64,000 nt of DNA from Acanthaster planci (Eukaryota): assembly GCF_001949145.1 (NCBI RefSeq), contig NW_019091361.1, forward strand, positions 310,001-374,000, in the 5' to 3' direction. Numbering within the stretch: the first letter of the stretch is position 1; each line of letters opens with the position of its first letter. A program made the position numbers and the translations under genes. Shown one piece after another: positions 53,001-64,000 of this stretch. The notes under the pieces were generated by a model. That model was not told where the DNA came from and did no database searches. It saw only the letters and a list, made by a program, of their open reading frames with translations.

Positions 53001-53496
53001 CACATGTGAGGGTTGTGGAGTGGGGATTACTGGGGTTTTGATCGTATAACACCCACCCCCGAAAATGTTCCCCCGGTGTACCCTGGTCACAAAACGATAT
53101 AGATTAGTGCCTCCTAGAGGATGGTACATCTTGGTGAAGGAGGGAAGGCTCATCATATGTCACTTGCATGAGTAAAAGCCTTTCAAGAGTTGTACTAAGA
53201 AACGTATTAGCAACCTATCCCACAATGCTTTTTTTCGGGGGGGGGGACGGAACTCAGCATGCACGGTTGTGAAATAATTGATGCCATTCACGACTGCATG
53301 GAACAGCACCTTGGACACTGCTGGACAAAACGTCTTCAAAATCTTAAATTTTGCTAGCAGGCCCACGTGATGAACTTTTATGTGAAAAATATCACTTATG
53401 GAATTGGTGACTCAAACATTAACTGGGTCATGAATGTTTTTGCAGACAGACAAAAAAAGAGTTCCTTTTCAACAGAGCTTTTTCCATCATGGTCCT

Positions 53497-54875
53497 ATGG
53501 AATTCTATATCTGCCGTCGCCCGTCGTGCGTCGCCCGTCGTGCGTCGCCCGTCGTGTGTCGCCCGTCGTGTGTCGCCCGCCGCCCGTGTTTTTTTTTACG
53601 ATTGTGCAGTGGTATTTTTAACTTTGACCCTTGATCGTTTCACATGTACATGTCTTTGTTCGATCGATCCACCATGTCTGACTCTCATTTTAGCAATAGA
53701 ACTAGAAGATGTATTCGTTTTTGCAGTTCCGCCGAACTCCACTTGAAAGAAGAAATAATATCCTGACATAGGTTAAGTAACGTGTATATGAAATAATGCA
53801 ATTTTTGTTACATAAATAAATTAACAAAATAGACTTTTTTTTTAGGGTAGATTGTTTTTCTCGATAACTTAGTTACTGTAGACGTATAACTTTACTCGTT
53901 AATTTAACGGCCTGACTTTAGGTCTATGGCCTAGACCAATGTAATATTTCTGTCTGTCCCTGCACGATATCCCACAGAATGGAATGTAAATAATAAATTT
54001 TTTACAAGGTTTGATGCCTTAATAGTTTTCATAAGAGACGAACCGATTCAACATTATTTTGAGGGCGGGTATAACTATGATGAAATCTGCCGTATACTCC
54101 AAATTAGACATGACTTGAGTTGCAGGTAGGCTCACAGCAGTCTTTTAAACTGTAACGTTACTTGTTAGCCCCATAATGCTGATGTGCTAAACAACCTGTT
54201 CTCATTGGTCTATCCACCCTGGCATACACACCCCAAAAAACCAACACGTCACATTTTCTGAAACTTAAACCAAGTGGTAATTGCCCCCTAACAATACATT
54301 TAATAAACAGTTTGTTATCCACAGCACTGTCTAGTATTTCTGTATTTCAAGGTGAAATTGAGAGGACAAAATGAAATATCTGTATCGGTTGGCAGATTTC
54401 TTTCTAGAATTGGATGAAAACAAGTCGGCACATTTTTACAGTATGCAAATTAGAATGAGACTGTGGATAGGCCCTAAGTTGGCCTGAACATTTTTGATGA
54501 AAATGCTTTTCCCAAAAAACACACTTGGTTGAATTCTCAGAAAGGTGACATTTTCTTATCAAGGGGCAGGGGGTAGTCTAGCATTATTGGCATTAATTAT
54601 GGGACTAGTATTGCAGGTGGGACTTGTACTTGCCTTATTGGGAAAAGATCCTTAGAAGTGAATGGAATCATGACATTGTAAATTTTGTTAAACCCCGGCT
54701 TTTGCAGGTCCTATGCAACCCATTTCATGGGCGACGCACGACGGGCGACGGACGACGCACGACGGGCGACGGAAAATGGCATGTTTGGAACTGGTAAATG
54801 GCAGAATTGGGACACAACAAAAAGCAAAAGGCGACGGACGACGGGCGACGCACGACGGCAGATATGGAATTCCAT
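53497..54875. mobile_element. ~1.38-kb non-autonomous DNA transposon with TIRs and subterminal 14-bp tandem repeats
   Basis: atggaattctatatctgccgtcg (53497) versus cgacggcagatatggaattccat (ends 54875), 22/23. (gtcgcccgtcgtgy)n on the left, inverted copies at ~54730-54860; no internal transposase ORF. Confidence 0.85.
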
Positions 54876-57295
54876 TTGGTCGACATGCAGCCTAAAAACT
54901 CGCGTTCAATGCACCATTTTTGGACCACTTTCATGAGTCTCCTTGTTGAGTGCGAACGCTCGATCTGCGCGATCGCTCGACATACATTTGCGCGACTGAT
55001 CGATCTTAGTGCATGATTTTCCGAATTCCGCCATTAGCCAATCGCATTTTCTGTTTACTGTTGTGAAAGATTGTTTCCAAACAAAAGCACAGAAGCAAAG
55101 TTTCAGATTTCATGCAGAAACGACCAATCACGCAGAGCGTGAACTTCTGATAGAAATGGTTCTTTAAATTAGATATAATTTAAATTTTACAGCATCACGA
55201 ATTGGGCGAAATCATCATAGATTGCTCACTTACTGACTGATAAAAGTACTTTTTCAGCGAAATGATGACTGGAATAATCTGCAAGAGCATGTCATCCAAA
55301 TGCCTTTAATGTGTATAAAAGCTCATTTATGTTTTTGGCTGTTTTACTTGAGTTTCCAGGGGGTCCTAACTCTGGGGATTGTCGTTCACCGCACTGAGTT
55401 TTAGGTGTGTAGGGGAAGAAATTTGACTTTTATATTTTGGTCATCGTAGTATTTGTTCATATTTTGTTAAATTCTGAAGTTTGTTTTCCTTCTATCTGTG
55501 TCAGAACTCGGAGGCCATCGATTCAATAGTTTGTAACATAATATTCTGATTTAATCATTTTTTACTATATGTTACAACAATAACTTTACTTTAGTTGCAT
55601 TTTCCTGGTAAACATTTTGTACTTATTTTGTCTTTATTAATCGTGTCAATATATAATATTAAATATTTCATTTTACAGTACTTTTGTATTTTTTGAAGTT
55701 CTTTAGACATATATTAACAAAGGAGTGCTTTTAGCTGGGCAGCGCGGTCTTGCTCATCTCACTTCTTGACAGTGTGTCAAACATTTTTAACGTAAGATAA
55801 CAATAACTAACTTTCTGGATACATTTAAGTAGCGATCTTCATGGGAATCTTCTCTTGTACTTTCACAAATTTGTGGCTTTGCTGACAGAAGTGTGATAAT
55901 TCAGCTTTTCAGCTTATTTTAGTTTTTTTTTTACTTTTTAAAAATTTTTTAGGCTACACCTGCTTTGCAAAAAGATGGGGGAACTATCTAGATTCCAGAG
56001 TTCTTTGTTTGCGGCAACACCCCATGGTAAGAAAAGTTACAACTAACAAAGATCTTGGCAATTCATTGCAAATTAGGACATGGGCATAATGAGCACCCAT
56101 TGTTCGCTGATAAAATTATCGCCCCCGCTTTCCCGGGAAGTGGGGGACAGGTGCAGTTCATGCCAAGGCCACACATACTGTACATCCGCAGCCACCCGCG
56201 CACGCCCAGCGGATTGGGAGATCAAGTGGGTTCGCGTCACGCTGTGGGCCGCCATCGCACAGTTGATTTCACTCCATGAGAAACACCCACTCACTTATTA
56301 CTCTTGACATGGAATACTCGGCAGCGGAGATCCGCCCAATTGCGTTATTGTTTAAAATGGGACGTCGTGGGAAAAGAAAATCTAAAAAGAAAATAAAAAT
56401 CAACCTCCAATGATTTCTGTGCATTCCACAAAGGTGTATCACTTGAGAAGAACAAATAATGAATAAACGTATAAAAACGCAGAAGCCATAACTGCACATG
56501 TAGTTTCAAACCTCCGGTAGCGGTTAAAGCTTTCAAATTATTTTAACCAAAATAATGATCTTAGTATTACTGATTAGGTCAGTTTGAAAATCTTCCATGC
56601 TTTTATACAAGTTAAACAGTTCTCTTGTTCCAGTATTGTCCATGAAAAAGCCACATAAATGCCACCAGGGTTAATCACAATTTCACAAACCAAAATAATC
56701 ACTTTTGCTGTGAGAAAAACTACGTCATTCACTACTTTTGGGCATGACAATTGCAATAACTTTGGGTATGTAAGGTAGTTTGTCACGTGAGGTTTTATAA
56801 TAAATATTGTTCAGTTTCACAATTAAACTTATAACTTACATCATGGAGAAAGAATTGCGCGTATCATATTCTAGCGTACGTGACCAGTAAGCCAGTTATC
56901 CTATGATTCTAAGAAATCTGGATGAAGGCATCAAACAATGAACAATGAAGAATTCAGTTACACATTGCATGGATACACACAATCTCTGCACAGATTGGCA
57001 GTGTTTTATTACACAATTGTGTCCACTAAAATTCGTGAGACCTTATGCCTCTTGGCACACACTCTTTGAAATCTTGGTGCGTTAATGAAATAACTGCTAC
57101 AATACACAAAGCACAATAACTTTTTCTAACATGCCACAAACTATACATTTGTACATGTTCGATGTCAGTAATTTTAAAACATAATTTGTTGGCAGTGATA
57201 AAAAGGGTAAAAAACTCAAACGACGCATAGTCTCAATTGACACATTTACACAAAGACATTATGATCACGCGCTACTTGTCAACAGTTGTACACAT

Positions 57296-57488
57296 TTTAT
57301 TTCCGGAAATTCCAATGTATTAACCACGTCACAGTTCACACAACAATCGAGGCTACCAGACACTACGTTCAAAAGACAAATGAAACTGATACCAATGCAA
57401 AGAATTCCAACACAATCCATGGTTACTGTATCGAATGTTACTGTGCATGTTTCACCTATATGGTTATTTACAAAATAAATAAATAAAT
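57296..57488 (-). promoter_or_regulatory. Putative Fos 3' UTR AU-rich element and poly(A) signal
   Basis: Minus-strand ATTTATTTATTTA at 57488-57476 and AATAAA at 57301-57296 (another at 57010-57005). AREs are typical of fos mRNAs; the UTR extent is inferred. Confidence 0.5.
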
Positions 57489-58651
57489 ATCTTTGACGGA
57501 GCAGTGTTCCATCGCACAGATGCTGTTTCGTTTGTCGTTATGTGTAAAAATAATTTATAAACAAAAACTGTAAAGCTATAACGTGACGCAAACATAACAA
57601 TTATAGCAAACGTTAACATGTACATGTACGTTACATGAAAACAATTACGTTGGCAGTGTTCAAATGTTTAGAAAATTGAAATGTTTAATTTTTCACAAAA
57701 ATGGAAAAAATTACCTTAAACGGCAATGGGCCTACATTATACGATAACACGTACTTCACCCTCCGGCTTTCGACAAGCCACCGACGATTTACATTTAAAA
57801 AATAAGGCAAATACGCTGGTGTTTATTTCAGTCTTCTCTGATCATCATTCGCTAAAACACTTTCGAAATGATGGCATCAATGCATATCTTTTTCTTTGAA
57901 AGAAAAAAAATCTCATGCAACTTGTAATGCTGCGTTTTATACAAATACAAAAATTTGACTCATACTCTTCCAAAAGGTTATGAGAAAATGTAGACTCGCC
58001 CATCGGTAAATGAACAGCCATCCATCGATGACTCAACAAAATCTCTGAAAGGTCAAATTAATTAGCGAGGTATTAGATCACTATTCCCAGGGATAAGAAA
58101 AACGGGAACTACTCTCAAACTTTTTGCGATGAGTAATAAAACACTGACTCACTCTTTCCGAGCAAGACCCTCATTCTAAGTCTACACTGTAACGCGTGGG
58201 CGGAAGCCGAGATGCTAGACACCTTTAGGAGATTCATCTTAACACAACTCAAAAGTGGTCACATCACACAAAGCTGAAATGAACATTGGGTACAAACCTT
58301 TTGCGAATTCATGCAATCTTAAATTATCGACGAATTATTTAATGAAAGGCCCTTATTTGAAATAATTATATTAAAAATCATAATTTAATAATTGGCATGA
58401 TTGGCATTTATCATTTTTTTACTATGCTATTGAAGAGAACAGCTTCAGATATGCTATTGATATCAGTGATATCAGCAAAAAATATTATTGCACTTTAAAT
58501 TATTACACATTGTTTCAGTCGCTTAAGAGACTACATTAATAACGTAGGATGTTGGAATGGATTGCCGAGACTTTAATTTAGCTCTGATCTCATTCAAATA
58601 CATGATACACTACTGAATATCTTCAAACCGCAAGTTTGAAAACACCTGATA

Positions 58652-58784
58652 AATTTTGCAAGGCCGCCATCTGTAAACGTTTTTATTCCCTTAGGTCAGA
58701 ATGGCAAATAGCAGGCAGTAGGCTACGGTTGCCTCATTACTCGTTAGTAGGGAAAACTCAAGATGGCGGGTGAATGACAAAATT
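58652..58784. repeat. Short imperfect inverted repeat downstream of the Fos stop codon
   Basis: aattttg..ccgccatct versus agatggcgg..caaaatt. Confidence 0.45.
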
Positions 58785-59049
58785 TCTCGGTGTACTTCAT
58801 TTCATCCATAATCATTATTAATAATCAGGTTATGAATAACATTAGGTTTACGTAAATGTTGGAAAACATTCTTGTTTGAGCAGGCAATATTTTTTGAAGT
58901 CAGTTTAATTGAATACATAGTGGCTGTTAAAGGTTCTAGAGTTGGATAGGATCTTGGATAGGGTTGTTAGCAGACAGACAGAGCATCTCTTGTTGCCAGC
59001 TGGACACTTTTTACATCATCAGTTTTTTGTTCTTCTCCCAGTCTCCGTT

Positions 59050-62000
59050 TCAAAGCTGAATCAGTGTCCTATTGGCTTCCGGACTGGACATATCACTGTT
59101 GCTGCTCTCTGATTTGATAGCCTCCCTTCCACAACTCAAGATGTTGTCGCTCGCGTCGCCATTGTGAACCGTAGTTCCCACGGTGTAATTGAAGACGCTG
59201 GTGGGCGTGACCACTTCAGTAGTGGGGGTTTCCAGGCTGCTGGTGGAGGTAGCCGTGGAGGTTGTGGCTGTCTGTTTGTTGGCTTTGTTCTGCCGACACA
59301 TTGCCTTGTGTGCCTCCAGAATAAACTCAAGTTGTTCCTTTTGCTGATGCAGCTTAGAAATTTCCTGCTCCAGGGTGGCATTCTTCTCTTCCCAATCTTC
59401 AGTTTCCTGTAAAAAAAGAAAGAGAGAAAAATAAAGAATACACATTGTACATCATAAACACTGCTGGTTGATTATGAATCTTTTTGTTTCTGAAGACAAA
59501 TAAAACTGGTAGTTTTTTGAATAACAAACATTCCAAATTTCTGTCCTTTTAGAATCTCACTCGAAAGTTACATTTCATTTAACTTTAACTTTATCAGCAC
59601 TTTAAGTGCTGATAAATAAAAAAACAGAAAAGGCCAAATGCAGGTAGCCGAACGTTTTCGGCAAACTCTGCTGTTTAAATCAATTAAAACCATTTGACTT
59701 GTTTCCATTCACTAATTTTTCTTTACCTGTCTTAAACAGATTTTATGTAAACTATGTATTAGGCATTAAGAACACTGAAACATGGGATGATTTCACTTTT
59801 CGATACAGCAATTATATCCAATAAATTTGACGTATAGGCCCTTACATGTACAAGTACATTTACAGTTGAAAGATTCTGGTGGTAAATTCAGCTTACCCCA
59901 ATGAGAGAGTTGGTGTGGTCTACCCGCCTCTGGCGACACTTGGCGGCTGCAAGCTTGTTCCTTTCACGACGGATGCGCCTTTTGTCTCTTTCCTCGGGCG
60001 GCAACTAAGAGCAGAAAACAGGACAAAGGAAAGAGGTTCATTAACTATGCAGTCAAGGAAATCGGGCAAGGCACAATACAAAAAAAGGGCTCTGGTTTGC
60101 AGCCAAGATATTAGGTATCACAATCCATTTTATTTTGAAAATTCATGTTTGAACAGCTTAATTACAGGTCATTTGGGGTTTCGAACACAAGCTCTTACAA
60201 ATTAAAGTTTTAGGCCATTTTTTGTATTATTATTTTGTATATTTCCTTTTAATAGCCCCACCTACTTAGCAGATTATGGTGTCTCAAAAGCCTACAATGT
60301 ACCTGTGAACACCAATATATTCGGAGGTGTAATAAACGGGTTCTCCTTGACCCACTATTATTACAGTGCATCATCACGGTTATTATACATGTACATGAAG
60401 AAATCCAAGATGGCCGCATGTCCAGGTTGCTCTGGTATGCAACAGCACGCATTGTACTGTAGGTCATGCTTTTACTGTACTGTTGTATTATGCGGATAGA
60501 TGCTGTACATGTACAATGTACATGTACTGTACATGTGCATGCACACGCGACTGCTGTGTCAATAATACCCATGCATAACAAGCGAGCCTTGGACGAATGA
60601 CCTTGTGCTACGCAGCATAATGACTGCAGTAATTTAGAAAATGTATACACAACTGCGACAATTCAGTCGTGGATGCTCGAAGGCAACCGGGTGTTATGTT
60701 GTTTTCTTCCAAACCTTGTCGACGTGCGAATGTGAGTTTCATGAGCCCTACCAGCACAAGCTTTTACTAATGGCCCTGGTTCAAACAATGCCGGAGTAGA
60801 GGCAATAAAGGGTGAAGGCGTTTTTTTTCCATATGCTTCGATCTGATCGACCCTCACCACATAGTGCAAACACCAATCTGCATAATCTAACAATAGAGCT
60901 GGGTAAGCAGCTTAGGGCTGTTGACCAAGATAGGTCAAATCTTTCACAAGGCCCTTCTGTTCTGGCACTGGACATCAACAAAACAAGCATTTTAGTACAA
61001 AGCTATCGCACGTATTCAGGCTGTGCTGTCTCTCGTTTCCCAAAAGAAATGATTGAACCGTGATGTCTCTTCCAAGTTCGTGACTGGATGGATTTCCATT
61101 CCAGCCAAGTAGTCACCAGCTTGATAGAGCATTTCCGCACAAATTAAAGTCATTACATGTTCTTGACAAACTAAATCCTCCCCATCCCGAACTGTTTAAG
61201 GTGAGGCAATGGGCTCATAATCCTCAACAAAGTTACCCATCATGTAACGATGATTCATCTTTCAGAAAACTTGCAACTTCCTTTCAAAAGTAGATTTCTT
61301 GAAAAGGGTTTCCCATACAGTCTTTGGGAGAATTAAAACGCAGTGAGAAATATCATTTGCATTCAATGAGGCTAAAGGAGAACCGTCAAACAAATTAGTG
61401 TTTCCTGGAAAAAGCGGTGAATGACATTGCAAAATCGGCAGGACCTCAGGCAAGGGATAACGTCCAAAATGTGTCAGTTATGAATTCCGGGTCAGCTTCA
61501 GATCCAACGAACTAACACCCACGCAAAAAGCTGCTTCCTAATTCGTTTCTTGTTAAGTGCCCCTGAACAAAAGCAACTTCCGGTCTATAATGAGATTCAG
61601 GGAAAACTTTCGCCAACTTCCGGGAAGTGATTTGAGCGATTCCACTTGTTACAAAGGTTGACCATGGGTTATGACTCCCCAAAGAATGAAATCCCCTATA
61701 ACCGAGTAGGAAGCCGACCAAGATCGAAGATACAAATCTGCTATGAACTTACATTCGAGCCAGATTTTTATTATATTTTCTATGCATTTGAAAGTCTGTA
61801 TCAAACATGAGGATTACTAATGTATTAATAATCACGATAAAATGGATTGTAATACAGGAATTTACATTTTAGATTCTGTTTGGAATGTTTTTTAAGTACT
61901 TACATCTTCATCTCTGATTCTCCTTCTTGATGTTGATGGGGACATCCTCAATAGTTCCAGGTCACTAGATCTGACTCGACCATGGTGGACGGCTCGTGAT

Positions 62001-62439
62001 CCTTGGTGTCTGGCGGTTATAGAACCATGGGAACTTGAAGACACCGAGGGTGGCACAAAGTTACCGCCGTGGATGTTGTTGTTGAGATGGGGCAACCAGC
62101 CACTAGTCAGAGAGGTTGGGGTGATGACAGAGGTAGGGATAGCACTTTGGTGTGTGCTCATCGGGTGAGAAGTTGTCATAGGGGGAGCATAACTTGAGAT
62201 GTCCATGATGTCCTCAGACGCAGTGTAATCCTGATACAGGTTGTATAGAGAGAAAGAAAACGTGCAAGAATTATCAATATATTATTTATGATTTCCTTTT
62301 AATATTAGACAACCAAGAGCTGTATAACTTTGTGAAGTTCACAAAATGTATGGAAATACATTTTGATCATACACGTAGGCAGAGTAGAGTATCAACTTAC
62401 CGCTTCAACCTTTACAAGTTTGGCCGTTGTTGGATACAT
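59050..62439 (-). CDS. FOS: Fos-family bZIP factor (cluster gene A), 276 aa; coding exons 62439-62401, 62230-61904, 60004-59897, 59406-59050
   Basis: [23 protein letters not shown]...[82 protein letters not shown]...VFNYT...[12 protein letters not shown]. Fos hallmarks: [25 protein letters not shown]...C, FxY docking-like motif and SSP..TL..L C-terminus. All introns GT-AG, phase 0. Confidence 0.95.
61402..61626. promoter_or_regulatory. STAT (GAS) plus ETS site cluster in a Fos intron
   Basis: TTCCTGGAA 61402-61410, TTCAGGGAA 61596-61604, TTCCGGGAA 61618-61626; ACTTCCGG at 61576-61583 and 61616-61623. Confidence 0.55.
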
Positions 62440-63112
62440 AATCGATCGCCACGGCCAATCGCCAGGACAATGAAGTATTGAAACAAAAAGTGAAACTTGC
62501 CAACAAGTGAAATTCCTGGCCAGTCAATCAACTTGACCGCAACTTTACAAGTGACTTATTATGAACTCTCGTGGTTGTCTCTTTTATCAAAATCAACTCG
62601 GTGAAGTCCAGAATGCAAGTGTTTGTAAATGCAGCGAGTTAAGTTACTAACATTCGCAGTAGTTGAGTGTAAGCCCCACCTTCTTCGTCCGGTACTACAA
62701 ATTAACCTAATCCTGAACGGGGAGGAGCACCCATCCGCCCGGACATGCCGGAAGAGAAGTTTACCCGCATGACTTTGACTAAACCTCAGTGGGATCTTTG
62801 CCACGAGTTGCGCAAAAAAGGTCACATGACAAATTTGCTTTTCTGGCAAGAGGACGGGATGTCACGCACTACGCACGCCAGATCCCCCAAAGTCCTTTCT
62901 TCTTCAGAAATCTATCTGTACTGGATAGGTCGACGACCCGGGTTGAGGTACTCTAAGAAGGGCATACATGTAGACTTGAAAAACTAGTCATCAGCTATAT
63001 AAAGAACGATGATGCACGCCACTTCAGACCTTTCACCACAAAGAAGTCCCTGGAAAGACTGAATCACACTTAACTGCTCAAGCAAGAGACAAAAATTTAA
63101 AGTGTTACATAC

Positions 63113-63223
63113 CTCCCCATCTGCTGGAATGGCTCCAGTAGACATGGTGGTCAGCACGTCGTTCAGGTTCTTCATGAGGTTCGTCACGCCTTCTTTGGAT
63201 GGCAACGTAACGTTGGGGTACAT
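63113..63223 (-). CDS. FOS: Alternative first coding exon of Fos (37 aa, MYPNVTLPSKEGVTNLMKNLNDVLTTMSTGAIPADGE), giving a 300-aa isoform
   Basis: ggcATG at 63223; phase-0 GAG|gtatgt donor at 63113/63112 compatible with the 62230 acceptor; acceptor cctacag at 63314; upstream donor gtgagt at 63528. Confidence 0.65.
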
Positions 63224-63420
63224 GCCAAGCAGTTGGCTACAACGAAAAAATCTAGCTCTCTCTTGGGCGCACAAGTCTCTAAATATTCCGCACTTCCGTT
63301 GAGGCTCTATATTCTGTAGGATGAATAACAATGTCTTTAGTGTCTTTTAGATTCGGTGAGCTTCGGAAGAGTTCGTATGTTCGTTCGGGAAAGGCTCGTT
63401 TGTCAGGGCTTCCACTATGA

Positions 63421-63949
63421 TGAGTCACAACTGATGCTATTGGGGTTGTCCCAGAATCTCATCGTATTATATACATTCAGCTCCGCAGATCTGCATGGGC
63501 TTGCGCTTGCATTCACACGTACACTCACGTTCCGTTCTATTTTCGGAGTGTGATGTAACCTACTATGATATTAATATTCATGTTCGTTTGCCAGAAGCGT
63601 TAACGTGTGGAATGGCGAGATCGTGCGCGTCATAGAAGTTCCCTTTTGGCTTTCGCATTTTTTGTACAGCTTTTCCATCTGCAAGAGCACTAATAAATGT
63701 CTCAAATTCTACAAGGATCAATAAACCACAAATTCTTGATATCCTACAAGAAAATCAACCTAAATTCTGTGGCGCGATTGCCGGAGCTAATTTTCTGGAC
63801 CTTTCCAGAAGATTATAAATATTCATATCTGTTGCATATTCATGTTGCTAAGCGACAGTCTTTTATTTACATAAATAAATAACCCGGCCGTGCGTCATAA
63901 GCTATTCACCATTCATTTCTGCGTGCATAGGGCGAATCCTCTGACGTCA
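63421..63949 (-). promoter_or_regulatory. Candidate distal Fos promoter/leader region
   Basis: CRE TGACGTCA 63942-63949, TGACGCA (-) 63897-63891, AT-rich TATA-like stretch ~63860-63880, AP-1 TGAGTCA 63421-63427. Confidence 0.5.
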
Positions 63950-64000
63950 AACCGGTTATCCAATCACTATCACTGTTTACTATAACTGGTTGCTAGCAAC

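Noticed and set aside
53515..53587. Regular GC-rich repeats suggesting a CRISPR array
   Set aside because: Contiguous 14-bp tandem units with no unique spacers, part of a TIR element in eukaryotic DNA.
56055..56340. GC-rich patch with several overlapping short ORFs and TTCCCGGGAA
   Set aside because: No recognisable protein, splice context or repeat ends; it may be regulatory but is unsupported.

Overview
This is intron-rich eukaryotic (animal) genomic DNA, not prokaryotic, so most entries in the ORF track are spurious. An invertebrate, possibly an echinoderm-like deuterostome, is my guess from gene content and repeat style only. From splice sites and translation I can build five protein-coding genes. 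TRMT112 is on the + strand (12624-17209, 4 coding exons, 123 aa). The other four form a head-to-tail cluster of AP-1-family bZIP genes on the - strand: Fos (62439/63223-59050, two alternative first coding exons), ATF3/JDP2-like (45752-43646), a divergent ATF3-like paralogue (38018-33981) and a fourth Fos/ATF3-family gene with a Gln/His-rich tail (26015-22095). All four share a 108-nt phase 0-0 basic-region exon and a zipper ending HxxxC. The order resembles the vertebrate FOS-JDP2-BATF cluster. Other highlights are an ATF4-like two-uORF leader on the ATF3-like gene, c-jun-like CRE+MEF2+TATA modules, a STAT/ETS cluster in a Fos intron, and MITEs carrying CRE or CArG sites. Abundant TA-x-TA motifs (TACATGTA, TACWGTA, TAGGCCTA, TACCGGTA) look like accumulated DNA-transposon excision footprints. 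A spliced, apparently non-coding minus-strand transcript may occupy 1-10.1 kb. No database search or computation was run; all coordinates were read by hand.
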